Source: Candidatus Iainarchaeum sp.
GTDB taxonomy: Archaea > Iainarchaeota > Iainarchaeia > Iainarchaeales > UBA10219
Length of the DNA: 64,000 nt
Direction: 5' to 3'
Assembly (NCBI GenBank): GCA_018304425.1
Contig: JAGVWE010000003.1
Coordinates: 96,001-160,000, forward strand
Position numbers and translations under genes: made by a program. Every line of letters starts with the position of its first letter. The first letter of the stretch is position 1. Below, in pieces: positions 56,690 to 64,000 of the stretch. The notes under the pieces are model-generated. The model did no database searches. It had not been told where the DNA came from and was given only the letters and a program-made list of their open reading frames with translations.

Positions 56690-59593
56690 ATGACCGACAA
56701 GAAAAACCTGGAGCCCTTCACCCTCCAAAAAGAAGAAGAAGTGAAGGCCTTCTGGAAGCAGGCGGGCGTTCCCGAAAAGGTGCGGAAGCAGCACGCGGGC
56801 AAGGGCAAGCCCTATTACTTCATGGACGGGCCGCCTTACGCGACCGGCCACATCCACATGGGAACGGCCTTGAACAAGGTGTTGAAGGACGTGGCTTTGC
56901 GCTCCAAGCGCATGGAGGGCTTCGATGTCTTCGACCGGCCCGGCTATGACACGCATGGCCTGCCCATCGAGCACCAAATCGAGAAGGAACTGGGCTTCAA
57001 GGTGAAAGCCGACATCGAACGGTTTGGGGTCAAGCCCTTCGTGGAGAAATGCAGGGAGTACGCGACGCGCTTCATCGGCACCATGAACGAGGAATTCGGG
57101 AACCTCGGCGTGTGGATGGACTGGAAGAACCCGTACCTGACGCTGAGCAACGAGTACGTGGAAGCCATCTGGTGGACGTTCAAGACCGCCTACGAAAAGG
57201 ACTTGTTGTACTTGGACAGCTACTCGGTGCACGTATGCCCCCGGTGCGCGACCGCCGTGGCGTACAACGAGATAGAGTATTCCAAGGTCGGCGACGCCAG
57301 CGTCTACTACAAGCTGACCCTAAAAGACCAGCCCAACACCCACCTGGCGGTGTGGACGACCACCCCTTGGACCATCCCCGCCAACCGCGGGGTCATGGTG
57401 CATCCAGACTACGAGTACGCTTTCGTGGAAACCAGGGAGCACGGCACCCTGGTGGTCGCGAAGGACCTGGTCTCCAAGCTCATGCCCAAGTTCGGCGTCA
57501 AAGAGCACCGCGTGACGCAGGTGAAGAAGGGAGCCGAATTGGTTGGTCTCCGGTATTCCGACCCGCTTGGCAAGCACATGAAAATGTCGTACACGGAAAA
57601 GGATTTGCGCGTCATCCCAAGCCCCCGCTACGTGAACCTCACGGATGGAACTGGCTTGGTGCACTGCGCGCCCGGCCACGGAAGGGAGGACTACGAGGAA
57701 GGCAAGCGCCACGGCCTGAGCATCGCGTGCCCCGTGGACCTCACGGGCACGCTGAAACCCGAAACCGGGAAGTACGCGGGCAAGCGCGCGAAAATCGTGG
57801 ACGCGGAAATCGTGGAAGACTTGAAAGCCGATGGCTTCGTGTTGGGCGAGGAAAAGTACGTGCACGATTATCCCTTCTGCTGGCGGTGCAAGCAGGCCCT
57901 GCTCATGCTGGCCGTGCCCCAGTGGTTTTTCCGCGTGACCAAGCTGCGCGAAAAGATGCTGAAAGAAAACGAGGAAGTCAACTGGGTGCCGGGCTGGATG
58001 AAGGACCGCATGAAGAACTGGCTCGAGAACCTGGGCGACTGGCCGGTTTCCAGGGAACGCTACTGGGGGACGCCGCTGCCCATCTGGCAATGCGGTGCCG
58101 CCGATGCCCCGGGCTGCGGGCACATCGAGGTGTTCGGTTCGGTGGCCGAGCTGGGCGGGAAAGCCAGGCTACCCAAGGAACTGAATCTACACAAGCCGGA
58201 GATTGACGGAATAACCTTCCCCTGCCTCAAGTGCCGCAAGGAGATGAAGCGCATCCCCCACGTCCTAGACGTCTGGTTCGACGCGGGAGTTTCCTCTTGG
58301 GGGGCACTTGACTACTCGAGGGACGACCAACTGTTCAAGCGCTATTGGCCGGCCGACCTCAACATCGAGGGCACGGACCAGGTGCGGGGCTGGTGGAACT
58401 CCGAAATCATCACTTCCACGATTTGCTTTGACGCCAAGCCCTTCAAGAACATCGCCGTGCACGGCATGGTGCTGGACATCACGGGCAGCAAGATGTCCAA
58501 GTCAAAGGGCAACGTGATTGGGCCCGCGGAAGTCATCGCCAAACACAACCGCGACTACTTGCGCTACTTTTTGGTCAGCGAGAGCCGGGGAGAGGACTTC
58601 AACTTCTCGTGGGATGCCTTCAAGGACATCGGGCGGTTCTTCAACATCCTGTGGAACACGTATAACTTCGCGCAAATGTACGCGTTCGTGGACTTCAAGG
58701 AATCCGCGGCGAAGGCGAAGCTGAACGTCGAAGACCAGTGGATTCTCAGCAAAATGAATTCCCTGGTGAAGAAAGTGCGGGAAGCCTATGACTCCTACGA
58801 GTATTTCAAGGCCCCGGATGCCATCAACCGGTTCGTGTTGGAGGACCTGAGCCGCACCTATGTCAAGCTCATCCGCGACCGCGTTGGAACAAAGGACGGG
58901 CGGGGCGCCGAGGAAACGCTCAACTACTGCCTCGTGACCCTGGCCCGGCTGTTGGCGCCCATTACCCCCCACGTGACCGAATACGTGTACCAGCACTTTA
59001 AGGGGCCAAGCCTTCCGGAAAGCATCCACTTGCTGTCCTTGCCGGAACCCGAGGAAAAGCGGATGGACGCGGGCCTGGAAAAGGAAATGGAGTTGGCCAT
59101 GGAAATCGCGCAAGCCACGCTGGCCTTGCGCGAGGAAAAGAAGCTGCGCCTGCGCTGGCCGCTCAACGAGTTGGTCGTGCAGTCGAAGGACGGAAGGGGC
59201 GTAGGGCGCGCCGCGGGCATCCTGGCCACGATGTGCAACGTGAAAAAGGTTTCCGAGGCCACGACGGCCCCCAAGGGAGAGTATGCCAGCAAGCCTGTCG
59301 ACGAGTTGACTCTGCACCTCAACACGGCTGCCGATGAAAGGCTGCGCGACGAGTGGGAGGTCAGGGAACTGGTGCGGCGCGTGCAGGAACTGAGGAAAGA
59401 AGCAAAGCTCCAGCCCGGCCAAAAAGTGGACTTGCTGATTGCCTGCGACGACGGCAAATTCCTCGAAGCCCACCGGAAGGCCGTCGAGGAAGAGACGCAC
59501 ACGCGGTTTGTGAACGGCGAGGGCCTGCCCCCAGCAGGGGAGAAACGCGAGAAGCTATTGGACCGCGTGTTCTACGTCAAGCTGAAGCCCTAG
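56690..59593 (+). CDS. ileS: Isoleucine--tRNA ligase
   Basis: DGPPYATG.IHMGT, WTTTPWT, GTGLVH.APGHG, DW.VSR.RYWG, GTDQVRGW, KMSKS. Confidence 0.98.
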   Translation: MTDKKNLEPFTLQKEEEVKAFWKQAGVPEKVRKQHAGKGKPYYFMDGPPYATGHIHMGTALNKVLKDVALRSKRMEGFDVFDRPGYDTHGLPIEHQIEKELGFKVKADIERFGVKPFVEKCREYATRFIGTMNEEFGNLGVWMDWKNPYLTLSNEYVEAIWWTFKTAYEKDLLYLDSYSVHVCPRCATAVAYNEIEYSKVGDASVYYKLTLKDQPNTHLAVWTTTPWTIPANRGVMVHPDYEYAFVETREHGTLVVAKDLVSKLMPKFGVKEHRVTQVKKGAELVGLRYSDPLGKHMKMSYTEKDLRVIPSPRYVNLTDGTGLVHCAPGHGREDYEEGKRHGLSIACPVDLTGTLKPETGKYAGKRAKIVDAEIVEDLKADGFVLGEEKYVHDYPFCWRCKQALLMLAVPQWFFRVTKLREKMLKENEEVNWVPGWMKDRMKNWLENLGDWPVSRERYWGTPLPIWQCGAADAPGCGHIEVFGSVAELGGKARLPKELNLHKPEIDGITFPCLKCRKEMKRIPHVLDVWFDAGVSSWGALDYSRDDQLFKRYWPADLNIEGTDQVRGWWNSEIITSTICFDAKPFKNIAVHGMVLDITGSKMSKSKGNVIGPAEVIAKHNRDYLRYFLVSESRGEDFNFSWDAFKDIGRFFNILWNTYNFAQMYAFVDFKESAAKAKLNVEDQWILSKMNSLVKKVREAYDSYEYFKAPDAINRFVLEDLSRTYVKLIRDRVGTKDGRGAEETLNYCLVTLARLLAPITPHVTEYVYQHFKGPSLPESIHLLSLPEPEEKRMDAGLEKEMELAMEIAQATLALREEKKLRLRWPLNELVVQSKDGRGVGRAAGILATMCNVKKVSEATTAPKGEYASKPVDELTLHLNTAADERLRDEWEVRELVRRVQELRKEAKLQPGQKVDLLIACDDGKFLEAHRKAVEEETHTRFVNGEGLPPAGEKREKLLDRVFYVKLKP

Positions 59594-59655
59594 TTATCGG
59601 CAATCGACGAAGTAAGTTTATTAAGCAGGTGGGTGCCATTAGTTCCGGAGAATGC

Positions 59656-59805
59656 ATGGGTTGGCTAGGATTTCCAAAATACCAGTGGCGCGGATTAAGC
59701 TATCTACTGGTGATTGGTGGCATCGGCTTGTTGCTCCTCAAAGAATACGCGGTGGGCGCCCCCTTGATAATCATTGGCGGCTTGATAGGAATAACCAATG
59801 GGTAA
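59656..59805 (+). CDS. Small membrane protein (49 aa)
   Basis: MGWLGFPKYQWRGLSYLLVIGGIGLLLL...; two hydrophobic segments; overlaps the next start. Confidence 0.5.
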   Translation: MGWLGFPKYQWRGLSYLLVIGGIGLLLLKEYAVGAPLIIIGGLIGITNG

Positions 59806-60127
59806 GAACATGAATCCGAGGGAATCACGAGCATTTGGTGCCGGAAAACTGAAGCACGACCGCATGATTAAAATCACGGCCCTGGTGCTCACTTTCGGCG
59901 GCTCCATTCTTGCCGGCCTCGCATTCAATGAAAAAATCCTGCTTCCCGCAAGCAAGGAAATAATCATCGTATTGTTGGCAGGCATCCTGTTCCTGTTGCT
60001 GCTTTTCCAAAACGCGAAGTTGAACGCGCTGGAACAAATTTTGGGCTGGGATGAAAAAGCCGAAGAAGGAAAGATGAATCTGCTCGCCCGGTGGATTGAC
60101 AAAGCAATTAAGCCAATCACAAGATAA
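59798..60127 (+). CDS. Small two-TM membrane protein
   Basis: Two hydrophobic helices; lower GC. Confidence 0.55.
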   Translation: MGKNMNPRESRAFGAGKLKHDRMIKITALVLTFGGSILAGLAFNEKILLPASKEIIIVLLAGILFLLLLFQNAKLNALEQILGWDEKAEEGKMNLLARWIDKAIKPITR

Positions 60128-60133
60128 CAGAAG

Positions 60134-61294
60134 CTATTCGCCCTGACCCGCCACGTACTCCCCATAGTCGAAGTGCAGGTATTTCAGTACCTCGTTTTCG
60201 TCTTCGTGGCGCGTGTAAACCGTGGAGAAAAACGGGTACTGGGTGTGGTCCACGACGACGTAGTCCAGGACTTCGCGGAAGGTTTGCTTGAACTTTTCGT
60301 GGTCAACCGAGTAATGGCTTGGCAGGCCCTTTTTGGGGCGCTGGCCCAAGACGAAGGCATAGGTCCGGTCATCTGGTTTGGATAGGATGTGCTTCCAGTC
60401 GGGTGCCTGGCCTTCGAAGAAGTGCCGGTACTCGTTCACGCCGAAGGCATGGAAGGACAAATCGGCGAGGCCGAAGCCGCCAAACCGGAGGGGGTTGACT
60501 TCAATGGGGCGGAGGCCCTTCCGGGTCAAGCGGAACTCGAAGTGCACGGGAAAAGAAGCCAGCGGCGCCAGGGACCCGAGTTTTCCGAGGAAAGCCGTGA
60601 CCGATTCCAATAACCGGCGCAACAGGGCGTGGCTCGTATAGTACACGACGTTCCGCGAGTCCTCGGGCGAGGCAAACGGGTGCTTGGAGAGGCCGACCAC
60701 GGCGGGTTTGCCGCGCGTGTCAAAGAAGGCATCGCACGCAAACTCCTCTCCCTCGATGAAGTCCTCGACCAGGAACTTGTCCGCGTTGAGCACGGCGTCA
60801 TTGAACGAGCCCTGGAAGGCGCTGATTTCGGCGAGGACCCTTGGAACGGCGTCATCCCACTCGGCTTGACCTGAAACCCTGGCGTTGCCGCGGCCGCAAA
60901 AGCCAATTGAGGGCTTGAGGAACAGCGTCCTCCCGGCAGGCACGTGGAAGCCGGCGAGTTCCCCGCGTGTCAACTCGGCGAAAAAGAAGTCCGGAAACCA
61001 GGCGCGGAGTTTTTCCCGCAAGGCAGCCTTGTCCTTGAAAACCGTTATCGCATCCACCAGTGGCTTCCGCCCGGACGCGTACACGAGCGGAAGCGAGTCC
61101 TCGGCATTCGAGTACACCACGGTGTCGGGCGCGGCCAGCAATGCCTTGGCCCTGGCTTCATCCACGAAGGACAGGTTGACGGGAAGCAGGGCGCGGAGTT
61201 CCTTGGAGGCATGCACGGGAACCCGGTACTTGGCCAGGGTCTCCAACAACAACCTGGAAAGAAAGGACTTGGACAACAAGCACAAGGCGTTCAT
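60134..61294 (-). CDS. ATP-grasp domain protein
   Basis: FKDKAALR, FLKPSIG, LVEDFIEGEEF, HFEFR, IEVNPLRFGG. Confidence 0.9.
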   Translation of the reverse strand: MNALCLLSKSFLSRLLLETLAKYRVPVHASKELRALLPVNLSFVDEARAKALLAAPDTVVYSNAEDSLPLVYASGRKPLVDAITVFKDKAALREKLRAWFPDFFFAELTRGELAGFHVPAGRTLFLKPSIGFCGRGNARVSGQAEWDDAVPRVLAEISAFQGSFNDAVLNADKFLVEDFIEGEEFACDAFFDTRGKPAVVGLSKHPFASPEDSRNVVYYTSHALLRRLLESVTAFLGKLGSLAPLASFPVHFEFRLTRKGLRPIEVNPLRFGGFGLADLSFHAFGVNEYRHFFEGQAPDWKHILSKPDDRTYAFVLGQRPKKGLPSHYSVDHEKFKQTFREVLDYVVVDHTQYPFFSTVYTRHEDENEVLKYLHFDYGEYVAGQGE

Positions 61295-61325
61295 GGCGTT
61301 TGTACAAGGTAGAGGGCAACGCCTT

Positions 61326-62303
61326 TTAAAGATTGACCCACGCCCAGGCCAGCAGCGGGAAGACGAGGGTGGCCTCGGCCTCGATGGCCACCGCGTTGCG
61401 CTGGTCTTTGAGCTTGTTCCAGCTCACGGCCTCCTTGGGCAGGGCCCCGGACAGGCTGCCATCGTATTGGGTGCCCGTGGAAACGTAAACCGCGTAATCC
61501 AGGCCGTCGCGGAGGATGGCCGCGCCAATGAGGTGGTGCTTGGCGATGCCGCCCCCAAGGATAACTCCGCCAACCTTATCAGGCTGGAGGATTTGGTCGT
61601 AGAACTTGGTGACGTCGGCCGCCTGGTCGATGACCAGCTTCTCGCGCTTGCCTTGGTTGAAGAAGTAAAAGTGGTCGCCCATGGCCCCGTCCACAAAGCC
61701 CGGGCAGTAGATGGGAATGCGGTTCTGGGTGGCCCAATGGAGCACGGAGTGCTTGTCCTGGATTTCCTTGCCCAACTCGAAGACGTAGTCGCTGGGCGCC
61801 CAGATGCGCTTCTGCGCGTAGCGCTTTTCGATGAACTTCGTGTGGAAGGCCTCGAAGTCCACGTAGTGGTCGTCGGGCACGAAGAGGTTGCCGATGCGGT
61901 TGAGCTTGTTGGCCTTGACTTCCGAGTCATTCACTTCAAAGTCGCCGACCCGGAACGGGTGCCTGGACTTGATGCAGTCCTCTTCGATGGCGCCGGTGGA
62001 GGTGACGATGGCCGCAACCAACTTGTGTCTGACCAACTGGGCGATGATCTCCCGGAGGCCGGACGAAACCATGTTGGATGTGAGCGACAGGAAGACCGCG
62101 GCCTGGTCTTTTTTCATGCGCTGGACCAATTCGACGGCGCGGCCGAGGTTCGAGGCCTGGAAGCCGAGCGAGGAATAGTGGCCGAGCAGTTGCCTGACGG
62201 AAAGGTTCTTGTCGAGCGCGAAGCCCTGCACGGGCGGAAGCTGTTGGAGGTCGATGGACTTGCTTGCCTTGCGGCGGCGGAAGCTGGGGTTCTTTTGAGT
62301 CAT
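61326..62303 (-). CDS. dys: Deoxyhypusine synthase
   Basis: GFQAS, TSNMVSSG, NRIGN, GGGIAKHH, DGSLSGA...EAVSWNK (active-site Lys). Confidence 0.95.
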   Translation of the reverse strand: MTQKNPSFRRRKASKSIDLQQLPPVQGFALDKNLSVRQLLGHYSSLGFQASNLGRAVELVQRMKKDQAAVFLSLTSNMVSSGLREIIAQLVRHKLVAAIVTSTGAIEEDCIKSRHPFRVGDFEVNDSEVKANKLNRIGNLFVPDDHYVDFEAFHTKFIEKRYAQKRIWAPSDYVFELGKEIQDKHSVLHWATQNRIPIYCPGFVDGAMGDHFYFFNQGKREKLVIDQAADVTKFYDQILQPDKVGGVILGGGIAKHHLIGAAILRDGLDYAVYVSTGTQYDGSLSGALPKEAVSWNKLKDQRNAVAIEAEATLVFPLLAWAWVNL

Positions 62304-62322
62304 GGAAAACACGAAAAAGCGG

Positions 62323-62493
62323 TTACCCGGCCACTAGGTGGATGGCTAGGACGATGGCCGAGAACGCGCCCGCAAAGAGCACCACGAATTCGGGGGTGAG
62401 CTTGGGGCCCGCGGTGTCCGCGTCGAAGAACCGCATGATGCCGATGCTGGAGCTCGGAGCCGAGACCCCACCGGAAGTGCGCTGGAACTTCAT
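62323..62493 (-). CDS. secG: Preprotein translocase subunit Sec61beta/SecG (56 aa, missing from the ORF track)
   Basis: Manual translation MKFQRTSGGVSAPSSSIGIMRFFDADTAGPKLTPEFVVLFAGAFSAIVLAIHLVAG. Confidence 0.85.
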   Translation of the reverse strand: MKFQRTSGGVSAPSSSIGIMRFFDADTAGPKLTPEFVVLFAGAFSAIVLAIHLVAG

Positions 62494-62546
62494 TTTAACG
62501 CCTCAATAGAAGGCTTTTATAGGAGAAGGTTTAAAATATATCCTAT

Positions 62547-63509
62547 ATGTATCCCGTGCCTGAAAACCCGGCCAAGAGCGCCCTGAAAGTCACCATGCTG
62601 GTGGCGCTCATCGCGGTGCTCTGGTTTGTCGGGGTGTGGACCGGCGCCATCCGGTGCAGCCTGTTGCCCGGCGGCTGTCCGGTGTACTGGGGGTTACTGC
62701 GAAGCGGCACCGGCGGAAAACCCGAGATTTTGATTGTGCACGGCGAGGAAGACGACCCCGGCCTCGGCGACCCCAAGCTGTTGGAGAAAGCCCTGTCCGA
62801 CCCCAACATCCTGGCAGTCCACCCGGATGCGGTGAAGGTGGAGCGGGTGACCAAGGACTTCCTGAAAGGCTATGACCTGGTCATCGTGACCAAGGCCAAA
62901 GTCATTCCCACCAAGAAGGTCAAGGAATTCATTGACTTTGCCGCGGAAGGCGGGCGCCTGGTGTGGACCGGGGACGCGGGCACGGCGTTGGGCGGAGACG
63001 AGAGCCCGGGAGAGGCCCTGTTGTTGAAGAGCCAGCGGCCCGGCGAAGAAGACGTGAACGAGGTCATCGGCCCCTGGGCGAGGAGGGACGGCGAGTACAT
63101 GGTGCCCTTGGACGAATTCATTGCCGCGGAATTCCTGGGCACGTACTGCGAGTTGAAGAACTGCCGGGACGCGAACCAGCTGATGGGGCTGTTGGAGGCC
63201 TTGCCGGGGAGAAAGCATCCACTCGTTGAAGGCATCCGCGATGACCTCGAATTCTATGGCGACTTCGCGTTGGTCAATCAACGCGAGGGCAACAACGCCA
63301 AGCGCGTGCTCACCCTGAAATACGGTTCCGAACTCGTAACCAAGGACAAGCGCAAGCTCGGCAAGGAATTCCCGGTCATCATCAGTTCCGGGCTGGGCAC
63401 CGGCAAGGTCGTCTATTACGCCGCACCCCTCGAATACTTCTTCGCCCCAGGGCGGCCCAAGAAGTACTACCAGTTCCTGGAAAACATGTACAAGGGCATG
63501 CTGAACTAA
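62547..63509 (+). CDS. Membrane-anchored extracellular protein, class I GATase-like fold
   Basis: N-terminal TM; LKGYDLVIV...FAAEGGRLVWTG; GTGKVVYY. Confidence 0.65.
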   Translation: MYPVPENPAKSALKVTMLVALIAVLWFVGVWTGAIRCSLLPGGCPVYWGLLRSGTGGKPEILIVHGEEDDPGLGDPKLLEKALSDPNILAVHPDAVKVERVTKDFLKGYDLVIVTKAKVIPTKKVKEFIDFAAEGGRLVWTGDAGTALGGDESPGEALLLKSQRPGEEDVNEVIGPWARRDGEYMVPLDEFIAAEFLGTYCELKNCRDANQLMGLLEALPGRKHPLVEGIRDDLEFYGDFALVNQREGNNAKRVLTLKYGSELVTKDKRKLGKEFPVIISSGLGTGKVVYYAAPLEYFFAPGRPKKYYQFLENMYKGMLN

Positions 63510-64000
63510 CGCCCGAATAGCGCATCGATGAAGTCAAGGCGCGCTGCCTTGTAGATTCTGTACTTTCTCACTCCAAGCGTTGCGGCCAGGGAAAGATGAA
63601 GCTGGATGTTTAGCATCATAACCTGAGCCTGCGTAAGAGGCGCAGATTTCTTCCGGAGGCGTCGCTTCAAGACCCCATGCTCAGACAACCAGACTTCAGC
63701 GTCGAATAATCCCCTTGCGATGTTTCTTGGGACTGCTTGCTTGCGCGTCAAGCAATTCATGGCTTCAAGAACATAACTCAGGAACAGGTTCGCCTGTTTT
63801 GCCCCAACCAGCTTTGCGGGGGGCAAATGAAACCCCTTAAGGACACGTTCACCAAGAGCCTGGAAAGCAAACGTCTTGCCTGGGCCACCTAATTCAGGCC
63901 GTGCTTCCTCAAGGAACCGCTGATGTTGGGGACGCAGGCGATTGCGGCGGGCAACCGAAACAACACCCCGACGGCGGCGGCTGGACCCTGGAGTGGACAT
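63506..64000 (-). CDS. Very basic hypothetical protein (start at the window edge)
   Basis: MSTPGSSRRRRGVVSVARRNRLRPQ... Confidence 0.5.
   Translation of the reverse strand: MSTPGSSRRRRGVVSVARRNRLRPQHQRFLEEARPELGGPGKTFAFQALGERVLKGFHLPPAKLVGAKQANLFLSYVLEAMNCLTRKQAVPRNIARGLFDAEVWLSEHGVLKRRLRKKSAPLTQAQVMMLNIQLHLSLAATLGVRKYRIYKAARLDFIDALFGR

Noticed and set aside
1-64000. CRISPR array, rRNA, integrase or transposase
   Set aside because: No regularly spaced repeats, rRNA motifs or recombinase motifs were noticed

Overview
GC-rich (about 60% by eye) archaeal chromosomal segment, most likely a DPANN archaeon of the Iainarchaeota/Diapherotrites or Micrarchaeota type (inference from gene content). 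Markers are thermosome, tRNA-splicing endonuclease, deoxyhypusine synthase, archaeal TrpRS/IleRS, form III RuBisCO, Sec61beta and TATA-like AT boxes before many genes. The window opens with a giant (>2500 aa) secreted Ig-repeat surface protein that the ORF track misses because it runs off the left edge. It also holds housekeeping genes, an antioxidant cluster, several toxin-antitoxin pairs and a small AT-rich island. Notable points: (i) three non-nucleosomal histone-fold genes, including a tandem CxxC-bearing pair; (ii) an uncharacterised divergent two-gene winged-helix module present in two paralogous copies; (iii) a rare tRNA-Ile(UAU) directly upstream of ileS; (iv) RuBisCO coupled to a hemerythrin, DUF488 and sua5; (v) a His-motif protein/CcdA/ATP-cone/His-motif protein operon; (vi) scattered very basic orphan proteins with Arg/Pro-rich N-termini. 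All calls come from motif recognition only; no searches were run.
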